Assembly (NCBI GenBank): GCA_026986575.1
Contig: JALSOH010000004.1
Span: 448,001-512,000 of the forward strand
Reading direction: 5' to 3'
Source of the DNA: Thermoproteota archaeon
GTDB lineage: Archaea; Korarchaeota; Korarchaeia; Korarchaeales; Korarchaeaceae
DNA length: 64,000 nt
The translations under genes and the position numbers were made by a program. This document shows positions 1-9,202 of this stretch, piece by piece (positions within the stretch are counted from its first letter, which is position 1; every line of letters begins with the position of its first letter). The notes under the pieces are model-generated. The model ran no database searches. It was not told the DNA's origin and saw only the letters and a list, made by a program, of their open reading frames with translations.

Positions 1-432
1 ATCATTGGCCACCAAAACCCCCTCGTACCTCATCATCTCGGATAGCTGGGTGGTCTTGGATCCTGGGGAGGCAGCCAGATCCAATACCCTCTCACCTGGA
101 CCGGGCGAGAGGACAACCGGGGGGATCATGGAAGCCGCTTCCTGAACGTAATATAGACCTAGCTGGTGCCATTCAGTATTTCCCAGTCTTTCCGGACCCT
201 TCCTCACCCTGTAGCCGTACTCGTACCACGGTATTGGCTCCAACACCCACCCACTCTCCTCAAGCTTCGCCACCAGCCAGTCAGGATCTACTTTCATCGG
301 ATTGAGCCTGATGCTTGGAATTGGCTTCCTTGCCATGAAGGACAGGAGTATGTCGTACTCCTCTCCAAGGAGTTTCCTGTACCTCCTCTCAAACTCCGGT
401 TTTATCAGCCCCTCCGGGATGCCATCGCTCAT
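1..432 (-). CDS. RsmB/NOP2/Sun-family RNA m5C methyltransferase, N-terminal part (runs off window start)
   Basis: Manual minus-strand translation from ATG at 432: ...LGLYYVQEAASMIPPVVLSPGPGERVLDLAASPGSKTTQLSEMMRYEGVLVAND, the typical NOL1/NOP2/Sun motif I region. Absent from the ORF track because it is open-ended. Confidence 0.92.
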   Translation of the reverse strand, partial: MSDGIPEGLIKPEFERRYRKLLGEEYDILLSFMARKPIPSIRLNPMKVDPDWLVAKLEESGWVLEPIPWYEYGYRVRKGPERLGNTEWHQLGLYYVQEAASMIPPVVLSPGPGERVLDLAASPGSKTTQLSEMMRYEGVLVAND

Positions 433-484
433 CTCGCCAGATGAGACCCCTAGCTTTATCTAGGTTTTGGATAGATGGAGCCTG

Positions 485-2206
485 ATGGGTGTTAACTTGG
501 AGGAGCTGAGGGACCTGATACTCAAGTTGGCTGCTGAAAACGCTCTCAAGTACGGTAAGGCCAATCCAAAGGCTGTCCTAGGTAAGCTCATGGCATCTCG
601 ACCGGATCTTAGACCGAAAGCTAGGGAACTGGCTTCTCTGGTGGAGGAAGTGGTCTCTCAGGTCAATGAGATGCCTCCTGAAGCCCTGAAAGAGATAGCC
701 ACTCCACCTAAGAGGGAGAGAAAGCCACAGGGGAGAGTATGGCCACCCCTAGAGGGGGCTGAGGAGGGTAACGTCGTGACGAGGGTGGCACCGGAACCCA
801 ACGGTTATCCGACGCTGGGGCACGCTAAGGGGCTGTTAGTCCCCTTCATATACGCTAGGATATACAAGGGGAAGTTCCTGCTCAGATTCGAGGACACCAA
901 CCCTAGGGTGGAGAGGCTGGAGTTCTACGATGCCATAAGGGAGGAGTTTTCCAGACTACTCGAGGCTGCTGAGAGGGAACTCGGGCTGTCACCGGGTAAA
1001 TGGGACGAGGAGATTATTGAGTCCTATCACATCCCTAAAATGTACGAGCTGGCGGAGAGGCTGATAAAGCAGGGAGACGCATATGTATGCACATGCCCAG
1101 CTGAGAAGGTCCGTCAGTGGAGGAGAGAGGGAAGGGAATGCGAGCACAGGGATCAGCCGGTGGAAGTCAACTTGGAGTTGTGGGAAAGAATGCTTGAGGG
1201 AGATTTCAAGGAGGGAGAGGCTCATCTCAGGCTCAAGACGGACATGAGGCATCCCAACATAACCATGAGGGATCCAGGCATCTGCAGGATAGTGGAGGCG
1301 CCTCACCCGATCCACGGGGACAGGTTCAGGGTGTACCCAGTGTACGACTTCTCGGTCAGCGTCATGGACTCTCTAACTGGGGTAACTCATGCGTTCCGTA
1401 GCAAGGAGTTCGAACCACATGTAGAGGTTCAGAGGACGATAATCAGGAAGCTGGGCCTGAGGGAATATCACATGGTGCAGTTCGGCAGGATAACAGTGGA
1501 AGGGATCCCCCTCTCCAAGAGGTACATAAGGCCTCTTGTGGAGAGCGGGATCTTGGAAGGGTGGGACGATCCTAGGATACCGACCCTTAGGGGGCTGTTC
1601 AGGAGGGGCATCCTCCCAGAGGCGATAGTGAGGTTCTTCCACGAGCTCGGACCAAGTAAGGTGGATGCCACGGTCAACATGGACATGCTAGCAGCCATTA
1701 ACAGGAAGTTACTCGACCCCAAAGTGCCCCGCTACATGTTCGTCCCGGATCCAGTCAGGGCAGTTATAGAGGGGATAGACACTCCTGTAGAGGCGAGGGT
1801 GCAGATCCATCCAGATTCAAAGGAGTACAGAACGATAGTCGTGGAGGAACCGATCGTCTACATATCAAAGAGCGATGTGGAGGGTTTGAAGGCTGGAGAT
1901 GAATTCAGGCTGAGGGGTCTAGCTACAGTGAGGGTGAGGAGCGTGAACCCCGACGAGGTATCCCTGATCCTCAGCCAAGAGCAGAAGATCAAGGGGGTCA
2001 AGATCATACAGTGGGCGCCGCTCAAGGGAGGTGTCCCAGCTAGGGTATTCATCCCTCTGTCCCCCTACTCTTACGAGATGCTGGGAGGTTATGGAGAACC
2101 CGCATTGGCCGAGATGAGGGAGGGCGATATGGCCCAGATGCTGAGGATGGGGTTCGTCAGACTGGATAAGCGGAAGCCCCTGACCTTCATCTTATCGCAC
2201 AGGTAA
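485..2206 (+). CDS. gltX: Glutamyl-tRNA synthetase (archaeal type)
   Basis: RVAPEPNGYPTLGH (HIGH-like), LRFEDTNP, YVCTC, LSKR (KMSKS equivalent), GWDDPRIPT. ATG 485 preferred over TTG 467. Confidence 0.95.
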   Translation: MGVNLEELRDLILKLAAENALKYGKANPKAVLGKLMASRPDLRPKARELASLVEEVVSQVNEMPPEALKEIATPPKRERKPQGRVWPPLEGAEEGNVVTRVAPEPNGYPTLGHAKGLLVPFIYARIYKGKFLLRFEDTNPRVERLEFYDAIREEFSRLLEAAERELGLSPGKWDEEIIESYHIPKMYELAERLIKQGDAYVCTCPAEKVRQWRREGRECEHRDQPVEVNLELWERMLEGDFKEGEAHLRLKTDMRHPNITMRDPGICRIVEAPHPIHGDRFRVYPVYDFSVSVMDSLTGVTHAFRSKEFEPHVEVQRTIIRKLGLREYHMVQFGRITVEGIPLSKRYIRPLVESGILEGWDDPRIPTLRGLFRRGILPEAIVRFFHELGPSKVDATVNMDMLAAINRKLLDPKVPRYMFVPDPVRAVIEGIDTPVEARVQIHPDSKEYRTIVVEEPIVYISKSDVEGLKAGDEFRLRGLATVRVRSVNPDEVSLILSQEQKIKGVKIIQWAPLKGGVPARVFIPLSPYSYEMLGGYGEPALAEMREGDMAQMLRMGFVRLDKRKPLTFILSHR

Positions 2207-2230
2207 TTATCCTCATCATTTTTCCCAAGC

Positions 2231-2256
2231 GGAGGTATTAGGGGCTCGATACCTCC
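2231..2256. repeat. 8-bp perfect inverted repeat (hairpin) downstream of gltX
   Basis: GGAGGTAT (2231-2238) / ATACCTCC (2249-2256), 10-nt loop. Confidence 0.55.
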
Positions 2257-2332
2257 TTCATACAGCACTATTAATTGACGAGAGTTCCATTTAAAAGGGG
2301 GCAAGCTTGACTATGCGTGAAGGGATGAATGG

Positions 2333-5239
2333 ATGAGATGGAAACTAGCGGCCCTCCTGATAGTCCTATCGATGAGCCTTGTCGCCGCTTCTTCTCACGA
2401 TCTGACGCCAAATGAGGTATCAAAGATTAAAGTGTACGATTCCAAGCCGTTATACAGGGTCCCCCAACCTGTCATACATGGGGATAGGCTATACACGATA
2501 GGAGGTCAGGGAGACACCTTGATTGCCATGAATCTGAACGGAGAAAAGCTCTGGAGCGTCAGGATAGGCGCTAAAGTATCTACCCCTCCTCTAGTAATCC
2601 CTGAAGCATACTACGGCCATGCGAAGAAGGAGTCATGGGTCATAGTGGCAACGGACTCTTTTGAGCTGAGGGCTTACAACTCGGTCGCCGGTGAATTGAG
2701 GATAGAGAGGCTCAGATTACCTTCAGCACCCTCCGGATCTCCCATGACCTACTTGAATGATGGTAGAACAATAGTGGTTCCCCTCACCAGCTCCCTCCAA
2801 GCTGTGGACTTGAGGTCCAAGTCAACTGGCTGGTCCGTGGATTTGGGATTCAGGATAAGGCATGTGCACTACGTAAATGGTGGTGCTGTAATTTACGGAG
2901 ATTATCAGATCGCATACTTCGATCTAAATTCACGCAAGCTGGTCTGGAATCTGGAACTGGGAGAGAAGATACTAGTTGCTGGTGATGATTCCTCCTTCAT
3001 CGGGGTGATGCTTCAGAACGGTACTGTGGTATCAATAAACACCTCTACAGGCGAACCGGTTGCTAGGAGGGATATGACCGATATCTTGGGGTACGAGTTC
3101 CCCTACGGGATGTTCCCAGTATTGGACGGCATAGGTGCGCTGACCAGCTCGAACGAAGCCATACTCTTCATAAATCTATCGGATCTCAGCGTATCTAGAC
3201 CCATAAAGACGTGGATGCCCCCGGCCTCCCAACCGGTCGCGGCGGGCAAAGCTCTTCTCTACTTCTCAAAGTTCGGTGAGGTCAGAGTCTATCACTACAC
3301 CCACAGATTCCTGCTTTCAGAGTTTAAAGTATCCAACCCACCGTTCAGCTTGGTTACGGTCTCTGCGAGCGGTAATCACACAACTTCTATCTCATACATA
3401 GACGGAAACGGTGATCTCCACCTCCTCAGGCTACCCGACCACTGGATAAAGATCCAAAGGACCGAGCCCAAGGATGGAGGTTACTTGGTCGAGGGATTTG
3501 TCTGCAGCACGGCGCTGGGTGGCGAGAGGAGCAAGATCGTGCTGTATGTGATGTCTCAACAGGGAGAAGTAATCGGAGAGAAGACAATCGGGTTCCTAAC
3601 TCCCGGTCGCTGTGGGGCTAGGTTCTCCACCATGTTACAGGGCAAGGGAGCCCTAGGACTGATCGTGGGAGAGGAAGCTCTTTCTCCCAATGTCCCCATA
3701 GGTCTAACTAGGGAGGAATGGATCTCCCTAAAAGGCGGCGCGTCGGTCACCACCACGACAGCGCCCGCGACCACGACCACTACGAAACCCGCTGGGCAAC
3801 CCAAACTGGAAGTTCGAGCACCATCCCAGCTGGTTGTAGGGGACGTTTTCAAACTGAATGTTTCCGGAATAAACTCGTGGGGCGTAGAAGAACTCACATT
3901 CGTAATCAAGGGGCCAACTATCCAGGGCGATGAGGTCGCAGAAAAGGTGGGCCCCGGATCCGAATTCTCCGTATCAATAGAGGGCCGGGCTCTCAATCCG
4001 GGGACGAGCGCGATTCTCTATATAAAACACGGTGATGAGGTGCTCTACAAGAAGGAAATATCCGTGAGAGTAGAGCAGGGCAGGGTAATAGATGAGGTGA
4101 GGGCCCCAAAGGAGGCGAAGGTCAACAGCTCCATCATAGTGACGGTGAAGCTCGTCAACAGGTTCCGGGATAACGCTCAATTCATCTTAGTCACATCTCT
4201 GGATGGCTCCCTCATCGAGAGGAAGGTCGGCCCCTTGAGGGCGGGAGGAAGTGCCGAGGTACATGTTAAAGTCACTCCCAGAAAGACGGGCGATCTTCAA
4301 CTAAGAGTTCAAGCTCTGGCTGGAGGCAAGGTCGTCGATAAGAGGGTCTCCACGATCACGGTGACTGTCGCACCACCGTCCACGCCACCGGTCGTTACAA
4401 CCCAGCAATCCGCTCTCCCCATACCACTGGAGTACTTGGTGGGTGGGATAATAGGCGCAGTTCTCATTTTGATTGCGATCGCACTCTTGCTAGGATCTAG
4501 GAAGCCTAAGGAGGTGAAGATGGAGGAGATAAAGCCAATCATCGCGCCAGCAATAGAGGAAGCAGCGGCGAAAGGGATCCCGGAGACCAGACCACCCTCT
4601 ATCATTCCGCCGGAGATCGAACAGGAGGAGATAGGGATAGAGGTACCTAGGATTCACAGGATAGAGATGGAAGAGGCTCCTAAGCCTGAGATAGAGGAGG
4701 AAGAGGAAGGGAGGGTGACTCCTCCGGAGATGGAGGAGGAGATCCCAGCCATAGGTCCAGAAGTCAAGGAGGAAAGGGTGATCTCCGAGGAGGCAAGGGA
4801 ATCGGTAGAGAGTGAACTGGAGTCCGTGAAGAAGAGGCTAGAGGATGTGAGGAGGGCCATATCAAAGTTAGAGGAGATAGTAGGATTTGAGCTCTCACCG
4901 TACAGGCTCGTGGATGCGGAGACCATGCTGGTCTCGGCGGAGCTGAAACTGAAGGAAGGGGACGTGAGCGAAGCGGAGAAGATCGTTAACTCTGTAAAGG
5001 AGTCGCTTGACGTGCTGGAGGCGGAGGTCTCCGAGGCGGAGAAGGTCTTTCTTGAGAACTGGAGCGCGGTGGAGAACAGGATCGACATAATGCTCAGGGT
5101 CTGGGGGAAGGCTCCCGCCAACATGCTCACCATGGTTCCGGCCGGCTTCAGGATACACGCGTTGGAGAGATTCAGAAAGCTGCATCCGGATAGAAAATTG
5201 GAGCTGAGGGGAGACGAACTCATTTCGCTGGAGGAGTGA
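2333..5239 (+). CDS. Large single-pass membrane protein: signal peptide, PQQ-like beta-propeller, Thr-rich linker, Ig/CARDB-like domains, TM helix, acidic Pro-rich region and coiled coil
   Basis: N-terminal hydrophobic signal; repeated xGxxLWS/W blades; TTTTAPATTTTT linker; TM LVGGIIGAVLILIAIALLLG followed by RKPK; E/P-rich then heptad-rich C-terminus. Confidence 0.75.
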   Translation: MRWKLAALLIVLSMSLVAASSHDLTPNEVSKIKVYDSKPLYRVPQPVIHGDRLYTIGGQGDTLIAMNLNGEKLWSVRIGAKVSTPPLVIPEAYYGHAKKESWVIVATDSFELRAYNSVAGELRIERLRLPSAPSGSPMTYLNDGRTIVVPLTSSLQAVDLRSKSTGWSVDLGFRIRHVHYVNGGAVIYGDYQIAYFDLNSRKLVWNLELGEKILVAGDDSSFIGVMLQNGTVVSINTSTGEPVARRDMTDILGYEFPYGMFPVLDGIGALTSSNEAILFINLSDLSVSRPIKTWMPPASQPVAAGKALLYFSKFGEVRVYHYTHRFLLSEFKVSNPPFSLVTVSASGNHTTSISYIDGNGDLHLLRLPDHWIKIQRTEPKDGGYLVEGFVCSTALGGERSKIVLYVMSQQGEVIGEKTIGFLTPGRCGARFSTMLQGKGALGLIVGEEALSPNVPIGLTREEWISLKGGASVTTTTAPATTTTTKPAGQPKLEVRAPSQLVVGDVFKLNVSGINSWGVEELTFVIKGPTIQGDEVAEKVGPGSEFSVSIEGRALNPGTSAILYIKHGDEVLYKKEISVRVEQGRVIDEVRAPKEAKVNSSIIVTVKLVNRFRDNAQFILVTSLDGSLIERKVGPLRAGGSAEVHVKVTPRKTGDLQLRVQALAGGKVVDKRVSTITVTVAPPSTPPVVTTQQSALPIPLEYLVGGIIGAVLILIAIALLLGSRKPKEVKMEEIKPIIAPAIEEAAAKGIPETRPPSIIPPEIEQEEIGIEVPRIHRIEMEEAPKPEIEEEEEGRVTPPEMEEEIPAIGPEVKEERVISEEARESVESELESVKKRLEDVRRAISKLEEIVGFELSPYRLVDAETMLVSAELKLKEGDVSEAEKIVNSVKESLDVLEAEVSEAEKVFLENWSAVENRIDIMLRVWGKAPANMLTMVPAGFRIHALERFRKLHPDRKLELRGDELISLEE

Positions 5240-8200
5240 ACCCTTCTCCCCATATTCTCTTTCTAACCACCTTTTCCTGTATCTCGTGATAAAGCTCATC
5301 GATCAGCTCTTGGTAATCGGCTCTTCCCTCCTCGACCGCTGTCATCTTCTCCTCCAGCACTCTCGTCCTCTCCTCGCTGATCAGATCCGGGTACTCCGAT
5401 GTCAGGAAGTTGTACACTTGGACGCCCAGTCTCGTTGGAATCAGTTTGTTATTCTTCTCGAGGACATATTTCCTCTGCAGCAGCTTGTCTATTATGGCAG
5501 CATAGGTGGAGGGCCTTCCTATACCCTTCTCCTTCATAAGAGCTACGACATCTCCTTGCGTGTACAAGGGTACAGAGGGGACCTGAAGGTGCTTTATCTC
5601 GACTTTGACCGTCCCCACCGAAAGAGGAGCTTTCTTCCGGTAGAGGAACGGGTATATGAGCGCCCAACCCCCTCTGACATCTACAACTCTCTCATCGGTA
5701 ACCTCATCGCCGTTCAAGACAAGCTTGTACTTCTGCTTTACGATGATGCTCTCCTTGGTCTGCGAGGCCATGAATCTCCTGAATATCAGGTCATACAGCC
5801 TCACATGGTCCTTTGAGAATCCTTCGGGAGCGGCTATCAGTCCCTCTCTTACATAATCAAGCAGCTCCTTAGCTGATAGGGGCTTAGTAGGCCTTATACA
5901 CTCGTGAGCCCCTCCTTCACCCCATCTCCTCGGGACGAAATCATCGCCGAGGACCTCAGCTGCTACTCTCAAACCAGCGTCGCTCACCCTAACACTATCC
6001 GTCCTGTGGTATGTGATTAGGCCAGCTTCGAAGAGGGACTGAGCTATCTCCATCACTCTCTTAGCGCCCAGCCTCAGTATCCTGCTAGCCTCCCTTATCA
6101 TCTCGTCGGTGGTGAAAGGAGGCGGAGGCTTAACTGCGCCCTCCTCCAATTCTATCGACGAGATCCGGGCCTCTACGATTCCAGGAGATCCTATCCTACC
6201 CTCTACCTTGAGGAAGATGTCTTCTCCACTGATGATGGTGAGGTTCTTCCTCTTCTTGTGCTCTTCGTACCTCTCGATTATCCAACCTAGCGTGGGGGTC
6301 TGAGCCCTTCCGGCAGACAGGTTCTTCCTGTTGAACTTCCTCTGTACCTCATAACTGAGCTCGAATCCTATCCACCTATCTTCTATCCTCCTCACCACCT
6401 GAGCCTTCACTCTCGACTCGTTGGTCTCTGAAAGCTTCCTCAGGGCCTCCAAGATCGCCCTTTTGGTGACCTCATGGAATTCGGCCCTGTATATCTCCTC
6501 AGCCGCATCTTTGATCAGCTGATAAATGTCCCAAGCTATTTTCTCTCCTTCCGTGTCAGGATCCGTCCCTATTATGACCCGAGACGCCTCGAATCCGAGC
6601 CTCCTCATGGAGACTATGTTGCTCCTGCTGTCCCTCAGATTAGTGGAACCGCATCTCGGACATCTCTCGCCATCTGTGAACTGGTAACCGCAGTCCAGAC
6701 ACCTCTTGATGGAGGCATAAACGGGTATGTAGGTTCTACGATCGCCTTCCTCTATGAGAACCCCATGGTACCCTCCCTGCGTCGAGAGGTCCACTACATG
6801 ACCCCCGCTGGCCATTATCGTCAGCACATAGTCGCCGGTGGTCACCTCGTAAGCGACCACCCCATTTACAACCCTTCTCCCCGGCCTACCGAAGAATCTA
6901 GCTATTGTCCGGGCCTTATTAGGGCTTTCCACTATGAAGAGCGCGGTTTTGAGTAGACCGGCCATCTCGAAACCCGTCTTCAGCGAGGAGTATCTCTCCC
7001 TACTTTCGTCGATCTCCCTCCTCAGAGCCTCCAAATACACTTCCTCTAGCGGGGACAGTTCTATGTCGTAAGCGCTGGCCCTCTTTATGAAGGAAGAGAG
7101 TAGTGGCTTCGTGTCCCAGACGAGACTAGCCCCTCTAGTCATTCCCCCAGGATAGAGCCTGGAAGAACGGCCAGATCCCTGTATGTACGTCCTAACATCG
7201 GGGATTATCACCCTACCCTCCTCGGGGATAACCGTTATGTCCCCGGTGCCAGCCAACTCTTTCAGTCTGCTCTCGCTGGATAGCAGGTCCTTCAGTCGCT
7301 CTCTAGCTCTCAGGATATCCTTCTCCGTTGGTCGCCTCCTCAGCCTCATGATGAACTTCTTAGTCTGGGGATCTAGGCCTTTGGCCAGCGCGGACAGTAT
7401 TGCCACAACGGCCCGGTCGCTCATCTCATCCACATCCTTCAGGGTCATCTCGAAGCGGGGAACTCCGTAGAAGACCACGTACCTGATCCTCTGAGGCAGA
7501 TCCACTCCCCTAACTAGGACCCCATAGGGCTTAGCGGCTCCAATTAGACCGTCTAACTCTCCTGACTTGAAAGCCTCAACTAGTTTCTCGTCGTAACCGT
7601 GCAACACCTCTACCTTGTAGCCAGCATCCTCCGCCAATGCCTTCGCCTCATCAGCCAACTCCATCCTCGGGACGAAGAGGAGGAATCCATCCCCCATGAA
7701 CTTCAGGAACTCTTTCAGTCGAACTTTCTTCCTCACGTAGAGATCAGCTATATTCCTCAGCAGCTCCTGCCTCAACACCCCGACATCGAAGCCTAGCAAC
7801 CTTCTGAATAGGATCGCTCGGGGGCCCGGCTTACCGGTTGCAGTTGAGACTATTAGGACGCTATCCGTGCTCTTGGTTACCTCCTTGCCAGCCAGAGCAT
7901 CCTTTACATCAGCCTCGGTGAACCCCATGAGAGTGAGAACCCTATCGACGTTCCTCGAGTTCTTGAGGAAAGAGTCCACGTCGTCTACGAATAAGAAGGA
8001 GAACCGGTCCACGGAGCGCCTTATCCTCTCATGGTTCTTCGAGAGGTACTGGGAAGTCGTGACCAAGATGTCGAAATCACCGCTTTCTAGCTTCTCTAGG
8101 AACTCCCTCCTCTGCTTGCTTCCCATCCCGCTCCTGTAGGCCAGAATCCTGAGAGGCTCCCCAGCAGACCTCTCATACTTGGCAAGAATCTCCACGGCTT

Positions 8201-8522
8201 GATCAACGAGGAGCGATGTGGGGAAGAGGAGGTAGGAACGACCCCTTCCCCTCACAGCGAAGTAATAGCTGGTAACGAGCCCAAAGGCAGTCTTACCAAC
8301 CCCTGTGGGAGCTATGGCAGCGAAGCTACGTCCGGCTAAGGCTCGCCGGGCCCACATCCTCTGAATCTCCCAAGGAGGAGAACCTAAACATGATTTGAAG
8401 AATTTAACATAGTCTTTGAACTCAGAACCTACCTTAGAGATCTCATCTTCGATACAAAGGGATCTGTGGTGGGTTTCCAAGTCACCTTCGGGACACAGAT
8501 CCCTGAAAACCGCTGGTATCAT
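5220..8522 (-). CDS. rgy: Reverse gyrase
   Basis: Helicase-like APTGVGKT, DDVD and QGSGRSSR; TOPRIM VESPNKA and TDPDTEGE; topo IA active site ITYHRTDS; GIGRPSTY. ATG 8522 follows GGTGA RBS (track start GTG 8528). Confidence 0.97.
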   Translation of the reverse strand: MIPAVFRDLCPEGDLETHHRSLCIEDEISKVGSEFKDYVKFFKSCLGSPPWEIQRMWARRALAGRSFAAIAPTGVGKTAFGLVTSYYFAVRGRGRSYLLFPTSLLVDQAVEILAKYERSAGEPLRILAYRSGMGSKQRREFLEKLESGDFDILVTTSQYLSKNHERIRRSVDRFSFLFVDDVDSFLKNSRNVDRVLTLMGFTEADVKDALAGKEVTKSTDSVLIVSTATGKPGPRAILFRRLLGFDVGVLRQELLRNIADLYVRKKVRLKEFLKFMGDGFLLFVPRMELADEAKALAEDAGYKVEVLHGYDEKLVEAFKSGELDGLIGAAKPYGVLVRGVDLPQRIRYVVFYGVPRFEMTLKDVDEMSDRAVVAILSALAKGLDPQTKKFIMRLRRRPTEKDILRARERLKDLLSSESRLKELAGTGDITVIPEEGRVIIPDVRTYIQGSGRSSRLYPGGMTRGASLVWDTKPLLSSFIKRASAYDIELSPLEEVYLEALRREIDESRERYSSLKTGFEMAGLLKTALFIVESPNKARTIARFFGRPGRRVVNGVVAYEVTTGDYVLTIMASGGHVVDLSTQGGYHGVLIEEGDRRTYIPVYASIKRCLDCGYQFTDGERCPRCGSTNLRDSRSNIVSMRRLGFEASRVIIGTDPDTEGEKIAWDIYQLIKDAAEEIYRAEFHEVTKRAILEALRKLSETNESRVKAQVVRRIEDRWIGFELSYEVQRKFNRKNLSAGRAQTPTLGWIIERYEEHKKRKNLTIISGEDIFLKVEGRIGSPGIVEARISSIELEEGAVKPPPPFTTDEMIREASRILRLGAKRVMEIAQSLFEAGLITYHRTDSVRVSDAGLRVAAEVLGDDFVPRRWGEGGAHECIRPTKPLSAKELLDYVREGLIAAPEGFSKDHVRLYDLIFRRFMASQTKESIIVKQKYKLVLNGDEVTDERVVDVRGGWALIYPFLYRKKAPLSVGTVKVEIKHLQVPSVPLYTQGDVVALMKEKGIGRPSTYAAIIDKLLQRKYVLEKNNKLIPTRLGVQVYNFLTSEYPDLISEERTRVLEEKMTAVEEGRADYQELIDELYHEIQEKVVRKRIWGEGFTPPAK

Positions 8523-8616
8523 TTCCACTCACCGCGCATTACTTGGACAATATCTCGATCCAACATGCAGTCTGGAGGCTTTATATCATTGGGTGAAGGA
8601 AATACACAGGATCGAA

Positions 8617-8988
8617 ATGACTCGGCTAGTTGTCCCTATTGAGGAGACGGACGGAAACGTGAAGTTTAACCGCATATCAAAAGGCTTCAGCCTGGCTAAA
8701 GGGCTGATGGTCATAGACCTGAGTGATTTCGGTGTCGTCATGGACGCCTTCTCCCTAGAGGTGGGTCAGGTTCAAGGGGAGACCATGCTGGACATATTGG
8801 TGGGGCTGGAGGCGGACATGGTGTTGAGCGAGGACATCGAACCGGAACTCAGTGAACTCCTGCTGAACAACAATGTGAATGTGGCACTGACTAAGTCGAA
8901 ATACGTCAAAGACGCCCTGAGGGACCTCCTAGCTGGAAAGGCCTTCGTCATACCAGGAAAGGAAATACCCATAAGGTATGCCAACTAG
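8617..8988 (+). CDS. NifB/NifX (dinitrogenase FeMo-cofactor)-like small protein
   Basis: MTRLVVPIEE...ISKGFSLAKGLMVIDL...ADMVLSEDIEP...LLNNNVNV resembles the NifX-like fold. Track start 8416 overlaps rgy, so ATG 8617 is preferred. Confidence 0.55.
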   Translation: MTRLVVPIEETDGNVKFNRISKGFSLAKGLMVIDLSDFGVVMDAFSLEVGQVQGETMLDILVGLEADMVLSEDIEPELSELLLNNNVNVALTKSKYVKDALRDLLAGKAFVIPGKEIPIRYAN

Positions 8989-9202
8989 TTATGTTATGCC
9001 CTATGTGAAGCTGAGGGTAAAGAGGTGGGAAAGAAACGGGAGGAAGTACCTGAGCTATCAAGTAACTGCTCCTAAATCCTTAGTGGAGGAGCTCGGTTGG
9101 GAGAGGGGTGACACTTTATACGTCTACGTTAGGAATGGGGAATTGATTTACAGACACAGAGAAAGACCCAAAAGGGGAAAACAAACCAGACTGGAACTAT
9201 AG
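8978..9202 (+). CDS. AbrB/MazE/SpoVT-family DNA-binding protein
   Basis: SYQVTAPKSLVEELGWERGDTLYVYVRNGELIY is the swapped-hairpin signature. True start may be ATG 8996. Confidence 0.8.
   Translation: MPTSYVMPYVKLRVKRWERNGRKYLSYQVTAPKSLVEELGWERGDTLYVYVRNGELIYRHRERPKRGKQTRLEL

Noticed and set aside
166-444. 92-aa plus-strand ORF
   Set aside because: It is the antisense shadow of the RsmB/NOP2 gene on the minus strand.
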